A stretch of DNA of 64,000 nt from Marsupella aquatica (GCA_973895155.1 OZ316892.1:9404283-9468282); one strand, 5' to 3'; numbered from the stretch's first letter, positions 38,054-52,054 are shown. Program-made: numbers and translations. The notes: a model not told the origin generated them from the sequence alone.

Positions 38054-39444
38054 TGTCGTATAGTGCTAAGTATCAAAAGTGACTCTTCTCACCTAAAACC
38101 AGGGTTTCGATCCCTTTAAGAACAGATTTCAGAATGAATTGTATAACTTTTATCACTCCGAGTGATTTAGAGTCTTGAGCTCTATGTTGACTTCACTTCT
38201 CAATAAAAAAAATCGAATAAACAAACAACAAAGTAACTGAACTTCTGATTTATGAATTAGAGAAGAAATGAGTAAGGATTTAGAGACTACAAGCTGCTAC
38301 TGCCACTCCTTCAGAAAGGATTTGGGCTCAGTATAGACATGAAATCTATCTCATAATTCATCCATCTCACTCTTCAAAACACAAAGGTTAATGATAATGG
38401 AATTCTCAATCTGATGAAGCAGAAGCTTTCTGATTGCAAATGAATGATATGATTTAAAATGCCGTCAACATGGTTTGACATCAGCGATACACAATTCAGT
38501 CAAACTCTAAACCATATTCCAGAATCAAAGCAACAGTACTAACTACTCTGAGAATCAGAATTTACTTCTCATTTATCATTAACTATTCTTGAATTGGCTA
38601 GCGAATCCCGACTCTGCAAGCAAGCCTAGCAGTGAATTCAATACGAGTTTCAGAAATCTGCAACTGAATTCAATCACCACAGGAATCTCTTGAATTCAAT
38701 CTTAACTTCAATCAATATAGCTTTACTTCCATACAAAACACTCACAGCATGCCTTGTTACAATGGAAGGAGGAGAAAACTATTCAGAAGACTCAATTCTG
38801 AATACAGTATTAACTCTATTTCTCTCTACTTCAAATGAGCATTCTACTCTGTCTTATAAGTGCTGGAATCCTAAAATGGAGGAGGTAAGAACAGTCGTGC
38901 CTTTCCAAGCTTAAAACTAAACAAGGGAGAAGCACAGCATAAGTACTTCAACAAGGGTGGTAGAATACTACTTTACTAGTAATCTACTTCAAAAACTAAG
39001 TGTTGAGCGGACGCTGCTAGAAGCGTCGGGAGAATCTGGACGCTGCTAGAAGCGTCTTAAGTAAAACCAACGGACGCTGCTCACACTGCTCACAGCGTCA
39101 ATACTAGGGTGGACGCTGCTCACAGCGTCGTGTGTTGAAGCTGACGCTTTCCACAGCGTCGGTCGAAATCCTCATAGAGTCTTGGTGGCGGTCGGGCGCT
39201 GCCAAAAGCGTCATGAGGAGGTTGGACGCTTCCGCAGCGTCTTGAGTAAAAGAAACGGGCGCTGGTCACAGCGTCGGGCAAAGTACACTAGGAATCGTCA
39301 GGAAAGCCGGAGATGTCAAATATTTCTATAAGTGTCCAGAACAAGTAAATGTTGGCCGGAAGGTGTCTAAAGTGTAAGTAAATCTTGTGATATGCTAAAA
39401 ATAAACAAGTTTCCAGAAAAAATTGCAGGGACACCCATACCACA
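38054..39444 (-). repeat. Gypsy 5' LTR
   Basis: Direct repeat of 25889-27279. Confidence 0.97.
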
Positions 39445-40929
39445 TCAGTATATGTTTTTCCTATCTGTTTTCTCCTTTTTACTAACATTGTTAAAAGCCC
39501 CCTATATAACTATGTCATGTTTGTGCCGATATTTGGATTTTGGATATATTATATTCAATTCCAAAGGAATTGTAAGGGGGAACTCCGAGAGGTAGTATAC
39601 TCTTCATTGGGTCATTTTCACATAATGTCTATCATTAATGCCAATGACTACAATAAGGGTCATCTTGGTAGTCATATTGGAGGTCATTTGGAGCAATTGA
39701 CTGAATATGTGGTCATTAATGAAAACACCTCAAATTAGGGTAATCTTGGTTGTCATACTAGAGGTCAGAAGTACCAAATGACTGGAAATGTGGTCTTTAC
39801 AAAGGCTATTGGGGGGCTCTCTTTGGAGGTACAAGGGAGTTCATTGGGTCATTTGTGAATTAAATGGTGCTTCAATTTGAGGACTAAACATGGGGTCACT
39901 CACGCTGTCATATTGGAAGCCATTAATGTTGGCATATTGGAGGTCCTATTAATTTTTTGTTACCCAACAACTAGTCGTATCCTTAGTCGCCCGCCGTACA
40001 TTGGGTCATTTAGGTGGGGCCCTCTTTAATTTGGATATACCATAACCTTCATTGGGTTATTTGCAAACCAATAATAATTCATTAGTTGCCACACAAATGT
40101 GATTTCCACAATTAGTCTAAACATAGTTAAGAGTTAATGCATAACAATATCCATGGCTTATGGTGGTCATATATAATACCAGATTGGTTGCACATAGGGA
40201 GTTGCAAGTTGGGCGAGAAGTTGGGAGGACATACATTTAGGTACCAAAGGTAATTATGGGTGCATTGGGTGGAGTCTAACTGTGGTCATACTCAGGTGTC
40301 CAAGGAAGGCATATGAGGCCCTGGCAAGGCCACAAGGGGCTCAACTTTTGTGACCAAAGCTTTCTGGTCACAAACGTATTTAGTTATGGTCTTAAAGTGG
40401 ATTTAGTGTGAACCATATGTTGAGGTTGAGGTTATGAGGCAGCATGGTGAACTTGAAGTTGGAGTTTAACCCTAAGACTTAATCAGAGCATCTTCAAAGG
40501 TTACTATGTCCCCAAAGTTACTATGCGCAACGGGACCTTTGGGGAAGAGCACAAGTCGTGAAATGTAGGGTTTTTGTGGTTGATCTGCGCTTTTTCTTCA
40601 GAGGAATGTGTAGTGGCGGTGGGCAATGTGCATGGAGTGCGGGGCGCATTGAGGTCAGTCACGCAGAGTTTAGGCAGCTGCCATGGAGCGCGCACTCCAT
40701 TTCTTCCCATATTGTATCAGGGTGCTGCGCACGGTCGGGGGAGTAGGAAACCTTAGGGTCAGCCGGTAGGACGCGGGAGCTACAACCACAGAGGAGCTCC
40801 GATCCATTATAGTGTCGCGCAGCATTGCGGAGCATTGGGCGTTGCAGCTATAGGTCTCAGAAAGCTGCAAAGGGTGATGACGTGCGATCGATGATAAGCA
40901 CATTGTTGTGAGGATACATTACATCACGA

Positions 40930-41260
40930 AGGAGCTGCAGGAGGTTACCTCAGCGAAGGGCGACAAGCTGTGACCGGTGATAAGCTGCGGGTGATAAGCT
41001 GCGAGGAGTGGGAGGATACATTGGGAAGGAGGTGCGAGCTGTGACCGGGGATAAGCTCCCGATAGTATTGGAGCTGCGGGAGGTCACAGCAGGTAGGAGG
41101 TCACATTGGTGGAGCTGCGGGAGGTCACATTGGCAGGAGCTGCGGGAGGTTATAGCAGGCAGGAGCTACGGGAGCTGCGGGAGCTGCAAGAGGTTACATC
41201 AGGGAGGAGTTACAGGAGCTGTAGTCGGTGAGGAGCTATTGGTCGGTCAAGAGCTGGAGT
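40930..41260 (+). repeat. Degenerate GC-rich minisatellite (GGAGCTGCGGGAGGTYACA-like)
   Basis: Multiple imperfect units read directly. Confidence 0.65.
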
Positions 41261-41342
41261 TAGGTTTGTGCGCTTCCCTCTCTCTCTCTGACTGCTCAAG
41301 TTTTACAAATAAGGGTTCGACTGCCAAAGTAAATTAGGAAAC

Positions 41343-44326
41343 TGTTGTGGGAGAAATGAGACAAAGAGTTGGTTCCATCTTTACTCTTGGTAGAATATGT
41401 ACATGTGGCTACAGCCTAAGTAGTTAGGGTAGTTACATAGGTAGTTATCCCAAAGGTAGACTTAACTCAAGTATGAGTTACAACACTCCCCCTTTGTAAC
41501 ATTGGGGTTGAAATGTTACAATCAAGAGTCTACTTTGGGTATATTCAGTGGTATACAATAGGTTTTGTTTATGTCTAGCCTATTTTATAAATGGTGTAGT
41601 CATCTCAAGTCTACTATAAATGAATGTCAAGCTTCTCCTAATAGATGTCTTATAATTCATGTTGTATGGTAAAGTGTAAGTGGGGGATGTAACCTCATTA
41701 AAACCTCCCCTACTTTCTTTGTGGGAGGAAAGAGTATTACCATCCCCATGGGTGTAACATAATTGGGTTTAAGCATATAGTGTATGTGTAATTTCTACAA
41801 AGTCTCTTAAGGTGCTTGTCAGCACTATAGGCTTGTTGAAGATCCTCCTTGGTTGATTGTTTCTCGTGTCTCCTTCCAATCGGGAAATGGAGACTCCTTG
41901 ATGGTCACAGATTACATGCCATGACAAAGCAAAGTATTAGTACAAAATGAAGATGATATGGTGTAATCCATGGCTTTGGAATTGGATTGGGTGTCCAATC
42001 CTAGATTTGGTGTGGGCATAACCTATTTGAACCATATCACGTACCATATCCATAACATAGGGTTATCATATTGGGGTATGGCGCACCATCTCTTATGGTG
42101 CCTTACCATGCCATGTCTCACCTTATGGTACCTTATGACCTGGTACTGTACCTCATATTATCATATGGTACTTTAATATCCAGTATACCTCATCAAGTAT
42201 TGGTAAGTGATTGTGTTAACATCATGTTCAATCATTTATAAAAATTCCTTAGATTTCATGATTTGCCATATGCATGGAATAAAGTTCCATTTTTAGGTAT
42301 TCATTGGTGCGAAAGGCACTTGTGCAATAGGCACATCCCATGGGTTACATTGCTTGATGTCAAGTCTTACTTGAGGTCTCCCCCTCAATTTGTCATTTAC
42401 TTCCATGTGCAGTACGCACTCATTGGCTTCCATGTGTAGTAGGCACGGAGCTGAACTTTTAAGTGCCGTAGGCAGCTTTTAAATGCAGTAGGCACGTTGG
42501 GAAAAACAATTCTCCCCCTGAATTTGTGAATGGCAATTCTTATATGGTAATCTTTCCAATAGATATCTTTCATTTTAATGCCATTTCGTCCCCGTTCTTA
42601 GTATGTGTGTTTCCCTGGTTCAGTGCACATTGTTCTTTGTATACGCAAATCTATTTGATGGGTTTTGCAATTAAGGAGGGTTTGCACTTAGCGGTATGTT
42701 CTCGACGTTTTCTTGACGTTTCAGCATTTTTGTTGCGAGATTTGTTCTTTGTTGCGCGCGTTCCCTTCGTGCTCTTATCCTCTTTTCTCCAAGCTTCTCT
42801 TGGTTCGTGCTCCCAATGGTCAACTCGTAAGCTCATAACACCAATGCCCCTACCCCTGGTCGTGGATTGTTCCATCTTATCCATGCATACTGCCAATCTC
42901 ACGAGAACTGTTGTTTACCAAAACTGGCATTCTGTGTCCTTCTGTGCTATAGGTGCCGTAACTTTGGGACTCCCATTGGTCATCGCTATCCTCCTTACTT
43001 TCCTCATCCTTGTGTTTGCCTTTGATAACGAGGAAGAAGAAATCGAAGGCACAAAAAATGCCTAAGGGAGAGAACTTTCCGCGGCGCGACAGAGTGTCCG
43101 AGTCCCCTCTTCTCTTCTCCACTTTGTTTTCCTCGTACTCGGGCGACATCTCCTGAGCAGCCGAGGCCTTTATCCGCGGCTTACCGTAATGTAGTTGCAT
43201 GACACAATTCACCGCATTCCTTGCATTGCTATCTTTCAACGTAGCAGACCTCCGGACAATTGTAGGAGTTTCCAGTGGCTTCGCTCTCAATTCAATGTGC
43301 TTGCATAGTTTTCTTGGTCACAGTTTTCGGTAAGAAGAATGAGAAATCAATCCAATTAACTTCATCAACTCCAGGAACTCACAAACAGATTGGTAGTACC
43401 GGTGGAGAAAGAGTAAGAGAACGTAGTGAAATGGACTGGACCAGGACTATTGATGCATGTGTGAACTAATGTGGCGCAGGCCAGTTCAGAATGCAAAGCA
43501 GGACTACGATGAAAATTCATTCCCGGATAACAATGAAAGAATCACTGTGTGACTTTGGGAACTAAGACCCTAAGCGGGGATAGCATTGCCTTTCCCGCAG
43601 TCCTCATTGCACGGCAGGAATGAAGAGACACAACAGGAATTCCGCAGGGACCATGATATCTTCGTAATCCTTGCCACTGTGCAGAATTAACCTAGGAATT
43701 TGATAACTTCCGAGGCAATAGGTCGCTTCAAAACTGAAATATCGATGAGGCATCATCGCAATTCTGCACTTAAAGTTGACAGAGACACCAAGATCGAGGG
43801 AATCCATTGCTCAAAAAATTTGTTAAAAATGAGAAGAAGACATCCAATAGCAACCATGAAACTTAGGACGAGCGGGATCCCAACGTGCATAGCCCAAGCC
43901 AACAACAAACGATGCGGACGCCATTTGCTCACAATACATTCCACTTTCCCTTCACACAATTGGCCGCATTCAAGCTAACATCAAATGCCATCTTCGTCCA
44001 CATTCCGCCTCAATTCAGAGTGCAAAGCGAGCTGCAGCGCTTCAAGCAGTTCTCGCAGAAAAAAACTAAAAAAACTTTGGCACATTCAAATCACGTCTTC
44101 AGGGCTCTCCCTCCTTTCTTTGTCTTAGGTTGAATCAGTCATGGCCTAAAAATTCAGCCAGTCTTAGGCTCGTGCTGATAACGTGTTGTGGGAGAAATGA
44201 GACAAAGAGTTGGTTCCATCTTTACTCTTGGTAGAATATGTACATGTGGCTACAGCCTAAGTAGTTAGGGTAGTTACATAGGTAGTTATCCCAAAGGTAG
44301 ACTTAACTCAAGTATGAGTTACAACA
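41343..44326 (-). mobile_element. Non-autonomous short-LTR retroelement, probably Bianca/copia-derived
   Basis: 143-bp LTRs 41343-41485 and 44184-44326, TSD GAAAC, PBS CGTTATCAGCACGA, PPT AAAGGGGGAG; no RT or integrase; possible gag remnant LAWAMHV near 43880. Confidence 0.92.
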
Positions 44327-46430
44327 GAAACGCCATTTTTCCTGCCTGTCTGTTGATTTCTGACAGTCCCTATCAATTGTTTGATTGTTCACGTTGGTCC
44401 CTGTCTTGTTTGTTGGGTTCTAGCATTGCCTAAACAGATCCCCCTAGTTCCTGTACAGTTTTAGGCTGTTCATCCTATAGCCACTGTCAAGTCTGCGCCT
44501 AGACTTGCTCAATCTTTCAAGTCCATGACTGTTTTTGTTATGCAGCGGAATGTAGCCTCTCAAAATAAATCATTCACACAACTCTGACCGAATTAGCAGT
44601 TCAAACTGCCACTCGTCTCCCTGGTTCAACCCAATGCACATCAATTGATCAAATCCTCTGCCAGTATGTAGAGCACAATCATATATTTGATGAGGCCCCA
44701 TATTTTGAGAATTGTTGAAGGCAGCCCTTGGTTTGGGGTTTAGTAGGGAATGAAGATATAAGAGTCGGTTATTGAAGTTTGGTGATCGAGCCTAGTGTCT
44801 CAAGAAGAGCTTAAACTATTGCGGGTATTTTATAGTATTCCAAACGGTTGGTTCGCTTTGTCATTGACCTCACGGTATACCTGTTTTGAAGTTTGGGCCA
44901 AGCGCGAGTAGAATTTTACCGCCACTTAGACTCTATCTACATATATGCGGAGGTTCTCAACCTCGTACACATAGGCACCTGCAGAGCACTAAGCTAACGA
45001 ACAATACTGGATGTGTAACTCAGGTCTCACTGATTCTCTCTAGCCAAGTATCATTCTCTGTTTCCATCTCTCCATTCCACATCCCATTTGGTGAAGTTCA
45101 TGCAACAGATGGCAATGCTTTCAACCTGTGCCTTAGACCCCAGTGTTAATATACAAGAGGTCTAAGCTGAGTGAGGCATTGAAGTAGAATCACCAGCTGT
45201 TAATCCTCGCAGAGAGGGACCTGCCCTTGACAGTACCATAGCCCAGACCTAGTGAAGACCCACTGAATGACGAACATCTGTGTATGTTGGATCTTTGTTG
45301 CGCTCTACTTTCTTTCACAGATTTTCTTGTCTCTGTCCTCTGTGTTCAGCTTGCGGGTGGGTTTGTCATGATTTGATTGGGTGATTGTTTTGAAGTCGTA
45401 GCCGTGGTCAAAAGCTGGTCTATAAAAAACGAATTCATGGAGCTAAGGTTGCTGCTGTATATAAAGCGCAGCAGGATCCAGAAGTGGAAAACTGTCCCAG
45501 CAAATTTAAATTTGTAGCTCTCACTACTTGAATATATAAATTTATAGCTCTCACTACTTGAATCCGAATTGCAAGTTAAAAATACATGAACTATTCGCTG
45601 CCTTAATTGCTATGTACCATTTGACATTATATATGATGAATGTACTTAAACAATTCACTCTCATTGTGTCAGACAGTTCTCTCCATCACGTCCTGTTAAT
45701 AGCACATTGTTGCATTAGAAAGTTCATTGTACTTCTGACTTTCTTATGCGCAGCAAATGGAGCTTAAAACATGAGAAAGCTCACAAGGAGAAAGCTTGTT
45801 GAGAGTACAATAACTTACGGTTCTATAACAGATGTGTCCAGCACCTTAAGATGTAGAAGGCTTGGGACCTTTGGGGAAGTGTGTGTCACCTTTAATGGTT
45901 TGCATGTTGAACTTACAGGTCCGAATCTTGATTTGATTTCGCTGTTGAAGTTCGTATCTCTTGCCTGAGTCCCAGTTTGCTGGAGTTTTGTTGCTCTCTG
46001 TGCTTTTTTGTGCACATTGTTGTGTCAAATGCTTTGTTTGCCCTGATCGGTCTTAGCCTGCTGCGCACAAGGCAGGCAATGAAACAAGTCTGTCCATTTT
46101 AAAACTTGAGAACCAATGCTTTGCTGAAACTCAATTGCTATTTGTTCTGTGTTGCCCTTACAGATTTTAAAAAGGCAGGGCGAGTGAGCACTGCTGGACA
46201 GCAGGCGAAGGCATATAGGTTGCAATATTTGTGATTGCTTCCAATCATAGGCCAAGGTTATTTGCGCTGCTCAGTCCTAGTGCTTTGCCATCCATAAAGC
46301 ATTGGTTTATGCTGCACCCTTGTGGTTACATGCCATATTTTATGCTGCACCCTCATTCTTTTGTGTCATGTTGAACCCTGTTATTCCTTCTTGTTTCACA
46401 ATCTGATGTAGGGTCTGAGTGTGCAGGACC

Positions 46431-46810
46431 ATGGCTCGCAATAAGCAGAAGGCCATGAATCGTTGCAGAGGTGAATCCTCTCAAGCACCTCAATTGTCCT
46501 TATATTCAGACATTGAGATTATCCAAAATAGCCCACATGTATGTGCGATTTGTGATGAGGGAGGGGATCTCATTGTTTGTGATGGGCCTTGCCACCGACA
46601 TTTCCATAAGAATGTTTCTTGTCCTTTGGGTCAGCAATGGCTATGCCCAACTATATCCCTGGCTGATGGCCATGTTGGAGAATGGCTTTGTGTTGACTGC
46701 AAGAATGAGGAACAAGTGCCATGTGTCTGGAAAAATTGGTGAAGAGGTAAGAAAATGTCCAGACCCTCTCTGTGCCCGGTTTTACTGTCGGCAGTGTTTG
46801 GTTCCTGGCA
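46431..46810 (+). pseudogene. EDM2/NSD-like PHD zinc-finger module in CACTA C, frameshifted near 46712
   Basis: VCAICDEGGDLIVCDGPCHRHFH...WLCVDCKNEE then, in the next frame, KCHVSGKIGEEVRKCPDPLCARFYCRQC. Confidence 0.75.
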
Positions 46811-46967
46811 CAGCATCCCCTGGGCCCTCACTCTTACTATATAAAGTGAACCCCCCTGAGAACAGACACCCCCCATGTACCCCTTCTTAATATTTTTGTT
46901 CACAAAAAAAATCCCCTTGTTAATGTAAAAATATTAACTTTTCCTATTAAATTTTATCCAACTATAG

Positions 46968-49749
46968 ATGTCGAAGAACATATCAGGGCTCTACTGGAAG
47001 AAACGTTGCTGAGAACCAGTGAAGAATCCCCTGAGCATGAGCTACATGATCAGGACCATTTTGACTTGGACTTTGTACTTGGGGATGATGAGAGTGAAGG
47101 AGGTGCCCATCCTGTAAACCCCCTTCAAACCTCCAAAACTCCTGTGGAGACTGATCCTGCACAGTTATCTTTAGATGCAGCAATGCAACCTTTGTTCCCA
47201 GGCAGCAAAATAGATGTTGTGTCATTCATGTTGCTTCTGCTAAACATCTGTCATGGCCATGGATTCTCAAACAAAGGAGTGAATGCATTGTTGTCTTTGA
47301 TGGGGGAGCATGGTATGCCTGCAGAGCATAATCTGCCCAAGAACTTATATGCTGCAAAGCAGCTATTGAGAAAGCTTGGCTTGGATTATGAGAGAATCCC
47401 TGTCTGTGAGAAAGGTTGCATGCTCTTTAGGGGTGAGTCTGCCAAGTTAGAAAACTGTTCAGTGTGTCAGCAGCCGAAGATGAAGAGAGTGGGGAATTCA
47501 TTACAGGCAAGGAAGGTGGTGCGGTATTTCCCTATAATTCCCAGGTTGAAGAGATTGTATGCCACTGCTGGTACATCTAAACTCATGACTTGGCATCATG
47601 AGAATAGAAGCACAGACAACATGGTTCGGCACCCAGCAGATTCCAAGGCTTGGAAGCATGTGGATACAAATATTGATAAGAAATTTTCAGCTGAACCAAG
47701 GAATGTGCGATTTGGGTTGGCACTTGATGGGGTGAATCCCTTTGGGAATAATTCCACAGCTTGGTCTACCTGGCCAATCTTGTTGTTGAATTACAATTTA
47801 CCTCCTTGGCTTACCACCAAGAAGTTCTTTGTCATGCTAGCTATGCTGATTCCAGGACCTGATTCAGTAACAGAGGAACAGTTGGACATAATATTGGGCC
47901 CATTCTATGAGGAGCTGGAGCTGTTGTGGATGAAAGGAGTGCCCTGCTTTGACAAATTGCCACGCCCAGGATTGTCTCAACACTTCAACCTAAGGGCTGT
48001 GCTATTGTGGACAATCAATGATTACCCTGCATATGGTTTAATATCTGGACAACAACACGCTGGATACAAAGGATGTGTCATCTGTGGGCCAAAATGTGTG
48101 GCACGTGGTTCTAAGCACTTGCAGAAATTAGAGTACAGTGGCCACCGTCGATGGTTAGCAGCAAGGCATCTTTTTCGTAGACCAGACAGTGCACAATACT
48201 TTGATGGTGCAATTGAGAGCCGACCTGCACCGTGTAGAATGTCAAGCTCTGATAGAAAGAAGTGGGGAGACGAGACAACAGAATATTTGAAGAAGGGAGG
48301 AACCAAGGTTGAGGATGAGAGCTGCCCCATAAAGGTGCATGGAGTGAAGAGGGCTACTGGTCTGTACAAGTTGCCCTATTGGAACATAAGACTCCATACT
48401 ACTACAATGAATTTCTGCAATCTCTTCATATGACTTTGAAATGTGTTTACTTCCTGTAGCCCAAATTTTGTAATTGTTGTATTCAATGCCCTAATTTCTG
48501 AATTGTGTGTCCACTGCAGGAACTACTCATTAACCATTGTCTAGATCCCATGCACTGTGAGAAGAATCTTGCACACTATCATTGGGACCAAGGACACTCC
48601 TTCTGTGCGAGAAGACCTGAAGCTCTTACAGGTGCGCCAACACCTATGGCTTGTACCCAATCCAGCTCCCAAGCGTAACGATGACATATTGTTGATGCCC
48701 CCAGCCCCATATTGCCTGAGCAAGAAGGAAAGAACAAGGTTCTTGGAGGTGTTATTGACCTTGAAAGGGCCCACTGGTTTTTCAAGTTCTTTGGCAAAGT
48801 GTGTTACAAAATCCAAGAAACTCTCTGGGTTGAAATCACATGATTTCCACCAACTCATGCAACAGATTCTCCCTCTGGCAACAATGGGATTACTTGATGA
48901 AGGGGTTTGCTTGGCCATAGCTGGGATGAGCAATATCTATCGCCAGATATGTACGAAGGTGTGGGACCCTTCAATGTATGAGAATTTGATGATGGATGTT
49001 GCATTCACTCTCTGCATTGTGAAAATCCATTTTCCACCAAGCTTCTTTGATGTCATGACCCATTTAATGATTCACCTAGTGGAGGAATTAGACTTGTGTG
49101 GCCCAGTTACAGGCAGATGGATGTACCCAATAGAGAGGAACCTGAAGGTATTGAAGGGTTATGTACGAAACAAGGCACGTCCAGAGGCTTCTATGGCTGA
49201 AGGCTATGTATTAGATGAGTCTTTGGGATTCCTTTCTAAATACATGTTTGATGCTAAAGGAGAGGGAAAACAAACCTGGGAGTTGGAGGAGGATGCTGGC
49301 GTTGCAGGCATTGTCTTGGAAGGGGTTGCAAAGGAGATAACTTTGAATTGGTCTGAAATGATGGCCATGCATCATTATATATTGGAGAATGAAGAGACAG
49401 TGGCTCCATGGTACAGGTATGTAAACCCTGTACCATATGGATCATAATTATGCTGCCCCATTGTGTTTGTATATTCATGGTGGATCATGCACTAATGTCT
49501 TGAGTGTTGTTGTTGCCATGTAGGATATATGATGCTACCAATGAGACTGTTACCAAACGAAGAGTGGATTTCCGGAAGGAATGGATGAGGAAGCCTGCCA
49601 ATCAAAGAAAACCAGTGGAATTTCCCCTTGACTACCAAGAACTGCCACCTTTCAGGGAATGGTTTCAAACATTAGTCAATACCCATAATTTTGAGACAGA
49701 GTCTGAGCAGTCATTACTATCTGCATACTCCACACCACCTAGTTTGAAG
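46968..49749 (+). pseudogene. CACTA TnpD-type transposase of element C, 5' and central exons, interrupted by the Mutator-like element
   Basis: FGLALDGVNPF, LWTINDYPAY, LSGLKSHDFH, GPVTGRWMYPIER; introns about 48386-48519 and 49417-49522. Confidence 0.92.
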
Positions 49750-52054
49750 GGGGGTATTTACATAAGACAGGAAACAGGAAAACAGGAAACCCAAAACAGG
49801 AACCGATGACAGGAAACAGGAAACCGAACACACCAAACTTAAAAGAAAAATACCGGAAACTTGTCTGTTGTTAAGCAAGAACTTGACCCCCAAAACGGGG
49901 CTTTTAGAAGACTGTAGTCAAGTCCAAAAAAAATGATGTAGAATAGCAACAGGCGCTAGAATACTAAGCCAAGGGAACGGTACATTTCAACCTGGGTTAT
50001 ACTGAAAAGCACATTAATGCACCAGGCGCTGCCATTGTAATTGTACAGAATGGAGCTCTAAAAAAGAAACTCTGACGCGTCCGTCGGACCGGTGCAGATA
50101 CTAGCGCCGGGCACTAGTTATACCGCTCAGTCAGACGGAGGCCGACGTGATAAATACGACAAAACCACAGGGACCATCGGACCGACATTTAGGGTTATAC
50201 ATCCAAAAGAACAGACTCCAACCAATTCACATAATTGAACGCCACCCCAAAGCCACAAAGTCTTGCGATACAATTTTTTTAAGTAAGATGGTAGCGCCAG
50301 GCGCTTACAAAAGATAAAAGTGATCCGCATAACCACACCGTAAACGGAAGGTATGAAAGTTTCAAAAAGAAACGCGGCTCCGATGCCTCTCGCTTAAAAC
50401 GGCCGAACAGTAAACTAGTGGTAGGCACTTCACCGAACTCCACACAATCGATAACCAAAATGGCTACTCTAACGACAAGATTTCTAAATTCTGGTCGAGT
50501 CCCGACGAAGTCTTCATCACATTTGGAAAAACTTGAGCGCAATGGGCACCATAGTCTTATCGACCAACGCTAGCGCCCGGCGCATTGGTCGATGAGCCAC
50601 ATTCATCGTTCACTCCAGCATTAGATCGGGCTCTATCTGGAACGAAACCGTGCTCACGGTTCCTCACGAACGCCATCGTTGGAACTCGCTCATCACCGGT
50701 TTGGGGAAACATGCCAGGAATGGTCGTGTTCTAGAAATCAACACGGCCAAGTTCTTCCTGTTTCCTCATCTCATCCTCCCAAGTTGGACTGTAAGGAGGA
50801 GGTGGCCAGTGAATCGTAAACCGCTCTGCAAATCTCCTAGGCAGAGAATCCCTCAGGCATGGGATCAGATTGTCACCAGGACTAATGGCTTCGTCTTGGG
50901 GGAGACTAAAACGGTTGCGGAAAGCAGTTGTCTCCGACCATTCAGGTTGCTCAGTTTCTGGAACCGAGCCCTCCTCTGAAATGATTGTTGTGTGTCTTTG
51001 AAAAGAGGCCACAGAGATTCTCCTTGGGTAATTCATGGTAAGACACCTCTAGGCAGATTCAAAGATATAGTTGTCAATACGACCCCGGTCAGCGAAAGAG
51101 CTCAAAGATTATCGAAAGTGGGAACAGAAACCAATAAAGCAGTAGTGAAACAAGGCAGTCGGGATTTAATCTCCCAAGTATTATAAGCAAATCCGTTCGA
51201 CCTGGATACGCCCACCGAAATGAGGGAGGGGTTGGACGTTGCACCCTCAAAGTCCCCAAACTACCCGTTCAACATGGAACGATCACTCCCATCTCACATG
51301 ATAGTTGCGACGTTTACCATCGTCTCCATTCAGAAATGGTCGACCAAAACCATTATTGGAATCCCAAAATGTTTATGGCATGCAAAGTCCTGTTGTGACG
51401 TGAAGTGACCGTTTGTATGAGAAAAATCCGGTATCAGCTCACATGCGAGTCGCGACAGGCCGAACGAACTTAGAACGGGACAAAAGATTACCTCGAAACT
51501 TCCAATGACATCATCCAGAGCGTACGGGAGAATCATTGTAAGATAGTCTTGACCGTCATACAGTTATAGTAGCACCCGGCGCTAATATTAGAGTATTAAA
51601 ATGTTTACGTTAATAACAGAAGGAACAAACAAAACAGTTGTCGCTGACATGTGGAAAACACTTAACGGACAATGTTTCCGAAATATGTTTTGCTAGCGCC
51701 AGGCGCTAGCATAATTCAATTGAGAAATAGACACAAAATAAACGGAGTTGCAGGTCAATTGTTTCCGACCAATCGGAATGTCCAGTCTTAGGAAGTAAAC
51801 CTACCCTGAAAATGGACAAAACCAAATTGAAAAATATGCGGGTATATGATCATGGACATTAAATTATGGTAGCACCAGGCGCTACCATAAAAACATTCGA
51901 ATATAGAGAACATAATAGAATAAAGATACACCAAAAAAGTATCCAATGTATCAAATACATTTGAATAAACGATTTTTACAGGTTACATAACAGTAGCGCC
52001 CGGCGCTAGTATAACTTCAGTGTATATAAATCCCAAAATACCTGTCCGAGGGAA

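Larger units (their letters stand above)
25889..39444 (-). mobile_element. Full-length Ty3/gypsy LTR retrotransposon (non-chromovirus, Athila-type PBS) with extra 3' ORFs
   Basis: 1391-bp LTRs 25889-27279 and 38054-39444 (one substitution noticed), TSD TCAGT, PBS TGGCGCCGCTGCCGGGGA (tRNA-Asp type), PPT at 27280-27296. Confidence 0.97.

Noticed and set aside
44330-46400. Captured host gene exons upstream of the PHD module
   Set aside because: Only short stop-ridden frames with no recognisable homology by eye
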